DNA of 64,000 nt, from the NCBI GenBank assembly GCA_038040385.1, contig JBBPII010000019.1, positions 32,886-96,885 of the forward strand, written 5' to 3'. Position numbers and translations under genes: made by a program. This stretch comes from Candidatus Gilichinskyi gelida. Its GTDB lineage: Bacteria > Acidobacteriota > Thermoanaerobaculia > Gp7-AA8. The notes below the pieces were generated by a model. That model made no database searches. It was given only the letters and a program-made list of their open reading frames with translations, and had not been told where the DNA came from. Below are positions 56,304 through 64,000 of the stretch, piece by piece (position 1 is the stretch's first letter; every line of letters begins with the position of its first letter).

Positions 56304-56811
56304 TCTCGAATTCCTTGACCATCGCGGCCCACTCGCCGCGCTCGCGCAGCAGCCGCTCGACGAGCTCGCGAAACGCCCCCTCGCCGCCGCGCGCGTCGAG
56401 CTTCCACGTTGCCGCCGCGCGCACTTCGCTCGCCGCGTCGGCGGGGGCGGCAGAGATGCCGGCGCGCAGCATGGGGGCGAGATCGGGGAGATCGTCGCCG
56501 GCGTAGAGGATCTGATCGAACCGTAAGTCCAGACTAACCAATAGTTGCGAGCACGCTTCGATTTTGTTCGACGCTCCCTGATGCAGCTCGGTGATGCCCA
56601 GCTCGCGCGCGCGCCGCGCCAGCGCCGGCGAGTTGCGGCTGGTGAGGAGGGCCACCGCGACGCCGGCGCGTTGCGCGAGCTTGGCGCCGAGGCCGTCGCG
56701 CACGTTGAACTCCTTGATCTCCCGCTGCTCGCCGACGTAGATGATCTTCCCGTCGGTCCACACGCCGTCGACGTCGGAGACGATGAGGCGAATGTCGGCG
56801 GCGGAAGCCAT
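56275..56811 (-). CDS. kdsC: KDO-8-phosphate phosphatase
   Basis: DVDGVWTDG, FNVRDG, GDDLPD and GGEGAFRE. Confidence 0.92.
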   Translation of the reverse strand: MASAADIRLIVSDVDGVWTDGKIIYVGEQREIKEFNVRDGLGAKLAQRAGVAVALLTSRNSPALARRARELGITELHQGASNKIEACSQLLVSLDLRFDQILYAGDDLPDLAPMLRAGISAAPADAASEVRAAATWKLDARGGEGAFRELVERLLRERGEWAAMVKEFEIGKPQAQSV

Positions 56812-56823
56812 TGCGCGCGAATG

Positions 56824-57504
56824 CTATCCGATGATCGCGGCGCGCAACGCGTCGTGATCCTCGGCCGAGGCGAAGAAGTGATCGGGATTCTCCGCGAGCA
56901 GCGTCTCCGCCGAGGTTTTCCCCGAGGCGATGGCGATGGTGGTCGCGCCGTGCGGGACGCCGCAGCGGATGTCGTAGATCGAGTCGCCGATGATGACCAC
57001 ATCCCGCCCTTCGAAGCGGTGACCTGCGAGGCGCGACGCCCGTTCCACGGCGATGGGTGGCAGTTCTTCGCGGCGCGCAGAGTCGCTGCCGAAGGCGCCG
57101 AAGGGGAAGAAGTCGTTCAGCGCGGCGTGGCCGAGCTTCACCCGTGCCCCCGGCTCGATGTTGCCGGTCAGCAGTCCCAGGACCACGCGAGCATCGCCGG
57201 CCAGCGTCTCCACCAACGGGCGGACGCCGGGCAGCTCGCGCACGCGGCCATGCGCGCTGCGCTCGAGCGCGCCGAGGTAGTGCTGCCAGAGGCGCGGCAT
57301 GGCCGCATCGATGTCCTCGGCGGAGACTCCGGCGTCGCCGAGCACCATGTGCGTGATCTGCGGATCGGTGCGGCCGGAGAAGTCGTAGCGCCGCAGCGCC
57401 CCGCGATAGCCGTACACAGCCTCCAGCGCAATGGCGTACGCATCGCGCGCGGCGCCGCCGTCGGTGATGAGGGTGCCGTCGATGTCGAACAAAACGAGGC
57501 GCAA
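56824..57504 (-). CDS. HAD-family phosphatase
   Basis: LFDIDGTL, LTGN and IGDSIYD; start uncertain. Confidence 0.88.
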   Translation of the reverse strand: MRLVLFDIDGTLITDGGAARDAYAIALEAVYGYRGALRRYDFSGRTDPQITHMVLGDAGVSAEDIDAAMPRLWQHYLGALERSAHGRVRELPGVRPLVETLAGDARVVLGLLTGNIEPGARVKLGHAALNDFFPFGAFGSDSARREELPPIAVERASRLAGHRFEGRDVVIIGDSIYDIRCGVPHGATTIAIASGKTSAETLLAENPDHFFASAEDHDALRAAIIG

Positions 57505-57510
57505 GGTTCG

Positions 57511-57574
57511 CTGTTGACCGTTGGCCGTTGACCGTGAGGACGTTATCGGCCAACGGTCAACAGCCAACGGCGAA
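57511..57574. repeat. Inverted heptamer array, family F
   Basis: GTTGACC GTTGGCC GTTGACC ... GGCCAAC GGTCAAC AGCCAAC GGCGAAC. Confidence 0.75.
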
Positions 57575-57597
57575 CCTCTTGTACCATTCGCGCGCCC

Positions 57598-58803
57598 GTG
57601 CGCAAAACCTCTCTTTTCATCCTTTTTCTCATCGTTTTCATCGATCTCATCGGCTTCGGGATGGTCATCCCGTTCCTCTCGTACTACGCGCGCGAATACG
57701 GCGCGAGCGGCGTGACGGTGGGGGCGGTGGTCGGGGTCTACTCGATCATGCAGTTCTTCTTCGCGCCGGTGTGGGGGCGGCTGTCGGACCGCATCGGGCG
57801 GCGTCCGGTGATCCTCATCAGCCTGGTGGCGAGCTGCCTCGGCTACTTCATGTTCGCCTTCGCCCGCAGCCTGGCGCTGCTCTTCGCCTCCCGCGTCATC
57901 GCCGGCGTGGGCGGCGCGAACATCGGCACCGCGCAGGCCTACATCGCCGATACCACCACCCACGAGAACCGGGCCAAAGGGATGGGCCTCATCGGCGCGG
58001 CGTTCGGGCTCGGCTTCATCCTCGGGCCGCCGATGAGCGGCGCGCTGTCGCACTTCGGCGGGAAGCATGGGATGGCGGAAAACATGCTGCCGGGATTGGT
58101 GGCCGGATCGCTGTCTCTCACGTCGCTGCTGGTGGCGGCGTTCGTCCTCGGCGAGTCGAAGGCGCCCGACGCGACGGTGCGCAGCGGCCTGCCGCCGCAG
58201 TTCGACCGGCGCGTGTGGAAGCAGATGACGACGCACGCCATCGTGCTGGCCATCATGTCCACGCTGTTCATCGGCTTGCTGGCCGTGGCGGGGATGGAGA
58301 CCAGCGTGACGCTGCACGCGCGCGACCGCTTCAACTTCAAGCCGCTCGACCTGGCGTACTTCTTTCTCTTCATGGGCGTGATCGTGGCAGCGATCCAGGG
58401 AGGACTGATCGGCAAGCTGTCGCGCAGGTTGGGGGAGAAGTCGCTGGTAGCGATCGGCACGGCGTCGTTCACCATCGGCCTCGCGCTGATCCCAGGCATC
58501 TACCAGGTTTCGATGCTGTACGTCGTGGCGTTCTTCCTCGCCGTCGGACAGGGGCTGACCTATCCGTCGTTGATGTCGATGGTGACCAAGGCGTCGCCGG
58601 CGCGGGAGCACGGGAGCATGCTCGGGCTGGCGACCGCGGTCGGCTCGCTGGCGCGGTTCGTGGGTCCGATCATCTCCGGCTTTCTGTACGATCTGGCGCA
58701 GGCGCGCGGCGCGTTCTACGGCAGCGCCGTGCTGACGTTCATCGCGCTCATGATCGCGCTCTCGATGCGGAGAATGCCGCTCACATCGAAGGGGGGAAAT
58801 TAA
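57598..58803 (+). CDS. MFS transporter, TetA/DHA1-like
   Basis: IDLIGFGMVIP, GRLSDRIGRRP and GAAFGLGFILGP. Confidence 0.92.
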   Translation: MRKTSLFILFLIVFIDLIGFGMVIPFLSYYAREYGASGVTVGAVVGVYSIMQFFFAPVWGRLSDRIGRRPVILISLVASCLGYFMFAFARSLALLFASRVIAGVGGANIGTAQAYIADTTTHENRAKGMGLIGAAFGLGFILGPPMSGALSHFGGKHGMAENMLPGLVAGSLSLTSLLVAAFVLGESKAPDATVRSGLPPQFDRRVWKQMTTHAIVLAIMSTLFIGLLAVAGMETSVTLHARDRFNFKPLDLAYFFLFMGVIVAAIQGGLIGKLSRRLGEKSLVAIGTASFTIGLALIPGIYQVSMLYVVAFFLAVGQGLTYPSLMSMVTKASPAREHGSMLGLATAVGSLARFVGPIISGFLYDLAQARGAFYGSAVLTFIALMIALSMRRMPLTSKGGN

Positions 58804-58808
58804 GAACC

Positions 58809-59324
58809 ATGGCCATCCTCAAAGTCGCACGCCTCGGCCATCCCGTCCTGCGCCAAAAAGCTTCCGACGTGGAGATCAAGGACATCAAGGCGGGGAAGTT
58901 CCGCCCGCTGCTCGACGACATGATCGAGACCATGCACGAGTACGAAGGCGTCGGTCTCGCCGGCCCGCAGGTGCACTTGCCCCTTCGCATCTTCGTCTTC
59001 GAAGTGGAGGAGAAGGTCGCCAAGCGACGCGGCATCGCCAAACTCGGCGCCGGCGCGCTGTTCAACGCCACGTACGAGATCGTCGGCGACGAGCGCATCA
59101 CCGATTGGGAGGGCTGCCTCAGCGTCCCCTTCCTCGGCGGCGAAGTGGCCCGCGCCAAGCGCGTGCGCGTGCGCGGCATCGATCCCGACGGACAGCCCGC
59201 AGAGATCGATGCCACGGAGTTCACCGCGCGTATCTTCCAGCATGAGATCGACCACACCGATGGACAGGTCTACCTCGACCGGATGCCCGACCTGACCACG
59301 CTCGGCTACACGGTTGTGCTCTGA
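58809..59324 (+). CDS. def: Peptide deformylase
   Basis: GVGLAGPQ, EGCLS and QHEIDH. Confidence 0.95.
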   Translation: MAILKVARLGHPVLRQKASDVEIKDIKAGKFRPLLDDMIETMHEYEGVGLAGPQVHLPLRIFVFEVEEKVAKRRGIAKLGAGALFNATYEIVGDERITDWEGCLSVPFLGGEVARAKRVRVRGIDPDGQPAEIDATEFTARIFQHEIDHTDGQVYLDRMPDLTTLGYTVVL

Positions 59325-59328
59325 CGAG

Positions 59329-59976
59329 CTATGGAATCCAGAACGGCCGCCGGTACTTCGCGTAGAGATCCTCGACCCTGTGCATGAAAAACCCCCACGT
59401 ATCGCCGGCGAAGGTGAGGCCCGGCGCCGGGTAGGGGACGCAGGCGTTGGTGAAGTCCCACTGCGAGCGCCAGAGCGTCGCGCCCGCGTTGACCCGCGCA
59501 GGGAAGGGATCGGTCACGTACAGCCAGGCGTGCGTCGCCGCCCATGGGCCGGGCGAGGCTCCACCCTGCGGCAGGACGACGGCGTAGCGTTTCGACAACG
59601 TCGGGTCTCCCAGCGCTGCTACGAATGCATTGCCCGTGCAGTCGATGCTGGTGAAGACCACGGCGCTGCCGCCGAGGCTGATCCACGGGAAGATGGCCTC
59701 GGCGCCGACGTTGAGCATGACCGCATCGCCGCCTTTCAGCTCGTAGCGGACCCACGCCTGATGCGGATAGCTCGGCATCCGATCGTCGTAATGCATTACT
59801 TCGCCGAGCTCCTTGCCATTTCTGTCGAGGACCTTCGGCGCGCAGCAGCGCCTGGCCGCGGGGGTCGGCCTGTCGGGTGTTGGCTCGGGATTGGGCTTCC
59901 CTGGCGGGATTGGCTGGGCGACGGCGGCGGCGGAAAGAGCGAAGACGAGGATTAGTGCGAGTCGGACCGAACGCAT
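59329..59976 (-). CDS. Secreted hypothetical protein
   Basis: SD AGGAGG, signal peptide, Pro-rich linker, four Cys. Confidence 0.7.
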   Translation of the reverse strand: MRSVRLALILVFALSAAAVAQPIPPGKPNPEPTPDRPTPAARRCCAPKVLDRNGKELGEVMHYDDRMPSYPHQAWVRYELKGGDAVMLNVGAEAIFPWISLGGSAVVFTSIDCTGNAFVAALGDPTLSKRYAVVLPQGGASPGPWAATHAWLYVTDPFPARVNAGATLWRSQWDFTNACVPYPAPGLTFAGDTWGFFMHRVEDLYAKYRRPFWIP

Positions 59977-60001
59977 GCAATTTCCTCCTGTTTGTTGTTG
60001 C

Positions 60002-61084
60002 CTAGCTTACGACTTCCTGAAAGGCTTCGACGAACCGCGCCATCTCCTCCGGCGTCCCGATCGTCACGCGCAGGTGTCGCGGCATGGCGGGAAAAACGCG
60101 CCCGACGTGCACGCGCCGCTCGCGCATGGCGCCGATGACCGCGCGCGCCTCGCGGCGGAGATCGATCATCACGAAGTTCGTTTCCGACGGAATGGTCTTG
60201 TAACCGAGGCCATCGAGCCGCGCGACGAGGTCGTGCTTCGTCGCCGAATTCTTCCTCCGCCCCTCGGCGACGTACGCGTTGTCAGCGAGGCTGGCGCGCG
60301 CGGCGACCAGCGCCATCACGTTCATCGAGTCCCACGCCTTCTGCTCGTCGAGCTTGCGGATGACTTCCGGCTGCGCGACCGCATACCCGGCGCGCAGGCC
60401 GGCCATGCCGTAGATCTTGGAGAAGGTCCGCGCCACGATCAGATTCGGCCGCGTCTTCACCATTGGGACCACGCTCTCGTAGCTCGGATTCGCGGCGTAG
60501 TGGTGATACGCCTCGTCGACCAGGATCATCGTCGACGGAGCCGCCGACTCGATGAGCGATCGCATCGTCGCCGCCGGCGTGATGCTCCCGGTGGGATTGT
60601 TGGGATTGCAGACGTAGATGACGCCTGCTCCGGCGACGGCGGCCATCTTCGCCGTGTCATGCGCGTAGCTGCCGTCGAGTGGGACGGTGACGGCCTCCGC
60701 GCCGCCCGCCCGCGCGTAACGGGCGATGGCTTCGAAGGTCGGCGAAGCCATGACCAGCTTCCGCGACGACGAGGTGAAGGCCGCGGCAACGAGCTTGAGG
60801 ATCTCGCTCGAGCCGTTGCCGAGGATCACTCCGTCGGTCGAGACGCCGTGCAGCTTGGCGACGTCGGCGGCGAGGAGGTCGGCCTCCTCGTCCGGATAGC
60901 GGGCCACGAGGCCGAAGGCGTCGCGCAACGCGGCGATCGCGGCCGGCGACGGTCCGTACGGATTCTCATTCGCGCTCAGGCGGACGATGCCGCTGGGGCG
61001 AGCGGCCAGCACGAGGCGCGGCAAAGCCGCAGCCGCCGCGCCGGTGCCGAGGAGTTGGGCGAACGCGCGCCGGGAGAGGGGCAT
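60002..61084 (-). CDS. Class I/II PLP aminotransferase (HisC-like) with a Tat signal
   Basis: SRRAF; LSANENP, NPNNPTG, DEAY and RTFSKIYGMAGLR. Confidence 0.9.
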   Translation of the reverse strand: MPLSRRAFAQLLGTGAAAAALPRLVLAARPSGIVRLSANENPYGPSPAAIAALRDAFGLVARYPDEEADLLAADVAKLHGVSTDGVILGNGSSEILKLVAAAFTSSSRKLVMASPTFEAIARYARAGGAEAVTVPLDGSYAHDTAKMAAVAGAGVIYVCNPNNPTGSITPAATMRSLIESAAPSTMILVDEAYHHYAANPSYESVVPMVKTRPNLIVARTFSKIYGMAGLRAGYAVAQPEVIRKLDEQKAWDSMNVMALVAARASLADNAYVAEGRRKNSATKHDLVARLDGLGYKTIPSETNFVMIDLRREARAVIGAMRERRVHVGRVFPAMPRHLRVTIGTPEEMARFVEAFQEVVS

Positions 61085-61112
61085 GGGGACCTCCTGTGCG
61101 CGAGGAGGATAA

Positions 61113-61216
61113 CCCTCATCCGCCGCTACGCGGCACCTTCTCCCGCAAGCGGGAGAAGGACAACTTGGCCCCTCTCCCGCTTGCGGGAGAGGGTGGCGCG
61201 AAGCGCCGGGTGAGGG
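61113..61216. repeat. Palindromic element, family C
   Basis: CCCTCATCCG...CCGGGTGAGGG with paired CTCCCGC/GCGGGAG hairpins. Confidence 0.82.
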
Positions 61217-61219
61217 CCC

Positions 61220-61468
61220 CTACTTCGGGGCGCGCTTGGCGGCCGCGCTGAGGCGCGACTTGTATCGGTCGGCGGTGTTGCCCTTGATGATGCCGCGCTT
61301 GGCGGCCTTGTCGATCTCGGAGAAACCGGTCGACAACGACTTCGCGTCGGTGACCGACGCGCGCGCCCTCTTCAGCGCCGAACGGAGGCGCGTCTTTCCG
61401 GCGCGGTTGCGCTGTGCTGCTTTCTCGGCCTGCCGCTGCTGCTTCTCGGCCGAACGGGTATTGGCCAT
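61220..61468 (-). CDS. rpsT: 30S ribosomal protein S20
   Basis: MANTRSAEK...IDKAAKRGII..NTADRYKSRL. Confidence 0.95.
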   Translation of the reverse strand: MANTRSAEKQQRQAEKAAQRNRAGKTRLRSALKRARASVTDAKSLSTGFSEIDKAAKRGIIKGNTADRYKSRLSAAAKRAPK

Positions 61469-61476
61469 GAACTCTC

Positions 61477-62298
61477 CTATCTCTCGACCCCGAGTCCCTT
61501 CAACCGCTGCCGCGCCACCGCCGCTTCGGGTGAAGCCGGATGTTCGTGCACCACGTACTGCAACTGCACGATCCCCTGCGATCTCTCGCCGAGCGCGATG
61601 TACGCGTATCCCTTCTTCAGCAGCGATCCGGCAACCTTGTCGGACTTGGGGAACTTGGTAACGACGCTGTCAAACTGCGCGATCGCCTCGCGATATTTCT
61701 TCTGAGAATAAAGACTTTCGCCGATCCAGTAGGCCGCGTTGTCCGCCAGATCCGAATTCGCGTTGCGCGCCACGAACTCCCGGAAGCCGGCGATGGCCAG
61801 ATCGTAATTGCCCCGCTGGTAGTCGCGGTAGGCCGCCTGGTACACCTGAACGGGATCCTCGCCGGGCGCGGGGACGGGGACCGGGGCGGGGGGAGGGGCG
61901 ACGTTGACTTCGGCCATCGGCATCGTGGGTTGGGCGGCTGCGGCGGTGGCCGCGCGCGCGGCTTTCAACTCCTCGACGTCGTGCTGGATCTGCGTGACCT
62001 GCTGGGCGATCTTGTCGACGCGGTAGTTCGTCTGCTCGATCCCCCCCTGGGTGTTGTTCATCTTCTCGTCGATCTCATTGACCTTCGCCACCAGCGCGGC
62101 GTTCGACTTGAGCAGGGTCTGGGTCTGTTCGGCGATGCGCTGGTTGACGCCCTGCACTTCCTCTTTGCCCGCCGAGGTGCGCTTCATCAGCGCCACCTGC
62201 TCCTGCAGATCGGCGATCTGCGACTGCAGCTTCTCCATGTCGGTCGAGGTGACACAGGCCGCCGTCAGGAGCGCGAAAAGAGGGAAGAGTTTCTTCAT
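61477..62298 (-). CDS. cpoB: Tol-Pal cell division coordinator CpoB/YbgF
   Basis: Lipobox-like TAAC, coiled coil, TPR NAAYWIGE; lies downstream of pal. Confidence 0.92.
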   Translation of the reverse strand: MKKLFPLFALLTAACVTSTDMEKLQSQIADLQEQVALMKRTSAGKEEVQGVNQRIAEQTQTLLKSNAALVAKVNEIDEKMNNTQGGIEQTNYRVDKIAQQVTQIQHDVEELKAARAATAAAAQPTMPMAEVNVAPPPAPVPVPAPGEDPVQVYQAAYRDYQRGNYDLAIAGFREFVARNANSDLADNAAYWIGESLYSQKKYREAIAQFDSVVTKFPKSDKVAGSLLKKGYAYIALGERSQGIVQLQYVVHEHPASPEAAVARQRLKGLGVER

Positions 62299-62897
62299 TT
62301 TCCGACCAGAACGAGATGCGCGCGGCGGTTCTTGGCCCACGCCGCGTCGTCGTGCCCGTTGTCGAACGGACGCTCTTCGCCGTAGCTCACGGTGCGGATG
62401 CGGCCCGAGTCGACGCCGAGGGTGGCCAGGTACTCCTTCACAATGTTCGCGCGCCGGTCGCCGAGGGCCAGGTTGTACTGCTCGGTGCCGCGCTCGTCGC
62501 AGTGGCCTTCGACCAGGAGGTTGTACTGCGGGTTCCTCTTCAGCCAATCGGCCGACGCGCTGAGCGCCGCCTGCGCGTCGGACGACAGCGTCGACTCGTT
62601 GTAGTCGAAGAAGGCGTCCTGGATGTAGCCGCGCGACTGCGCGACGCGGTTGAGCTCTTCGATGTCGGTGGGGAGCTGCGACGAGGTGATGGGCGGCTGG
62701 GTATCGGTCTGCACGAAGTCGGTGTTGGTCGCCACCGGCGCCGGCTGCGTGGTGGTCATGGTCGGGATGCTGGCGGTGTTCGTGGTCTCCGTGACCGTCG
62801 GCGTGACCACCGGCTTCTTCTTCGGCCGGCAGGCAGGCGCCAGAACGGCCGCGATGAGGACGAGCCCGCAGACGAATGCTTTCAATGCTTTACTCAT
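62295..62897 (-). CDS. pal: Peptidoglycan-associated lipoprotein
   Basis: EGHCDERGTEQYNLALGDRRA, SYGEERP and NRR. Confidence 0.96.
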   Translation of the reverse strand: MSKALKAFVCGLVLIAAVLAPACRPKKKPVVTPTVTETTNTASIPTMTTTQPAPVATNTDFVQTDTQPPITSSQLPTDIEELNRVAQSRGYIQDAFFDYNESTLSSDAQAALSASADWLKRNPQYNLLVEGHCDERGTEQYNLALGDRRANIVKEYLATLGVDSGRIRTVSYGEERPFDNGHDDAAWAKNRRAHLVLVGK

Positions 62898-62930
62898 TTT
62901 TTCCCCTTAGTTCGTTTTGGATGATATCAG

Positions 62931-63002
62931 GTCGTTCGCCGTTGACTGTTGGCCGTTGACCGATGACCGATCTCGGCCAACGGTCAACGGCCAACGGCGA
63001 AC
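62931..63002. repeat. Inverted heptamer array, family F
   Basis: GTTCGCC GTTGACT GTTGGCC GTTGACC ... GGCCAAC GGTCAAC GGCCAAC GGCGAAC. Confidence 0.75.
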
Positions 63003-64000
63003 TCATTCGGATTTCTTCGACCAATCGGGATCCTTGTTTTCTCTATCGAAGGTGAGCTGCATCAGATCGGTGCCCTCGACGCGCATGCGGTAGATCTGCC
63101 ACTCGCCGGTGCGGTTCGACTGGAAGGCGATCCATTTTCCGTCCGGCGACCACGTTGGCTGCTCGTTCGAGCCTTCGCCGGCAATGATGCGGCTCTGTTT
63201 CGTCGACACGTTGGCGATGCGGATCTGGAAGCGCCCGTTGACCCGCGAGGTGTAGGCGATCTGCTCGCCGTCCGGCGACCAGGTGGCGTCGTCGTTCCAG
63301 CCGCCCTCGTCGAACGAAACGCGGTCGACGTTCGAGCCCTCCGCATCCATGACGTAGATCTGCGGCGCGCCGCTGCGGCCGGAGGTGAACGAGATCTGCC
63401 GCCCGTTCGGGCTCCACTCCGGGGTGGACTCGATCGACGACGACGACGTCAGCCGGCGCAGGCTCGTTCCGTCGCTCTTGATGAGATAGATGTCGGGGTT
63501 GCCGGCGATCGATCCGACGAAGGCGATGTCGTTGCCGGCCGGCGAGAAGGTGGCCGAGGTGTTGAGATTGAGGCCGGTGGGGACGTGAATGCGCGCCCCG
63601 CCGCGGCGATGGATGATGAACATGTCGCTGGTGCCGCGGGCGAACGAGGTGTAGACCAGACGCTCGTTGTCCGCCGACCAGCTCGGGAGAATCGACAGCG
63701 CGTTGTGGCGCGTGATCTGCCGTTGGTTCGCGCCGTCCCAGTCCATCAGCCAGATCTCCCAATGCCCGGTGCGGTTGGAGGCGAACGCGACCTGCGATTC
63801 GAAGATGCCCGGCTTGCCGGCGAACTGCCGCTGCAAATCGTTGGCGATGATGTGCGCCATCCTGGTGAGCGATTCCTTGACTCCTCGGTACTGCTTACCG
63901 AATTGCTCCTGCCCGGTGGTGTCGATGGCCCGCACGACGACGACATAGCTCTCGGCGCCGTCGCGCACTTCGGTGGTGATCTGCAGCCGCAGCACGAGCT
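63003..64000 (-). CDS. tolB: TolB beta-propeller (5' end outside the window)
   Basis: PD40 repeats (PxWSPDG), AHIIAN...GKPGIF; directly upstream of pal. Confidence 0.93.
   Translation of the reverse strand, partial: LVLRLQITTEVRDGAESYVVVVRAIDTTGQEQFGKQYRGVKESLTRMAHIIANDLQRQFAGKPGIFESQVAFASNRTGHWEIWLMDWDGANQRQITRHNALSILPSWSADNERLVYTSFARGTSDMFIIHRRGGARIHVPTGLNLNTSATFSPAGNDIAFVGSIAGNPDIYLIKSDGTSLRRLTSSSSIESTPEWSPNGRQISFTSGRSGAPQIYVMDAEGSNVDRVSFDEGGWNDDATWSPDGEQIAYTSRVNGRFQIRIANVSTKQSRIIAGEGSNEQPTWSPDGKWIAFQSNRTGEWQIYRMRVEGTDLMQLTFDRENKDPDWSKKSE

Noticed and set aside
7085-61213. Many long alternative-frame ORFs (for example 7085-8809, 8413-10071, 22444-24102, 32630-34858, 40751-42382, 59813-61213)
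   Set aside because: Arg/Ala/Pro-rich shadow ORFs expected in high-GC DNA, each overlapping a well-supported gene.
14719-63002. Repeats as a CRISPR array
   Set aside because: Copies are dispersed palindromes or short tandem units with no regular repeat-spacer period, and no cas genes are present.

Overview
High-GC bacterial chromosome segment. Gene content and style suggest Acidobacteriota, probably Thermoanaerobaculia-like (an inference; no search was run). Most of the window is housekeeping and envelope genes: an ABC-2 exporter with a GDSL hydrolase, an M16 peptidase pair, glk, ychF, a glycosyltransferase/radical-SAM cluster, dinB, a PAS-GGDEF-EAL protein, rsgA, trmB, ruvC, pdhABC, lnt, prfB with its programmed frameshift, kdsC, def, rpsT and tolB-pal-cpoB. 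The best candidate for an undescribed system is at 37.3-39.4 kb. There, an ECF sigma factor is coupled to a zinc-anti-sigma (HxxxCxxC)/TPR protein that faces a convergent small secreted peptide, resembling an RRNPP/Rap-Phr peptide-signalling circuit wired to an ECF sigma. Other notable features are a receiver-ECF sigma fusion next to osmC, a decayed islet at a degenerate tRNA-Asp (two orphan genes plus a toxin-antitoxin pair broken in both genes), several palindromic or heptamer repeat families that sit in frame inside proteins, many -10 boxes placed for leaderless transcription, and head-to-head genes with no intergenic space. All calls come from reading the sequence and the ORF track by eye.
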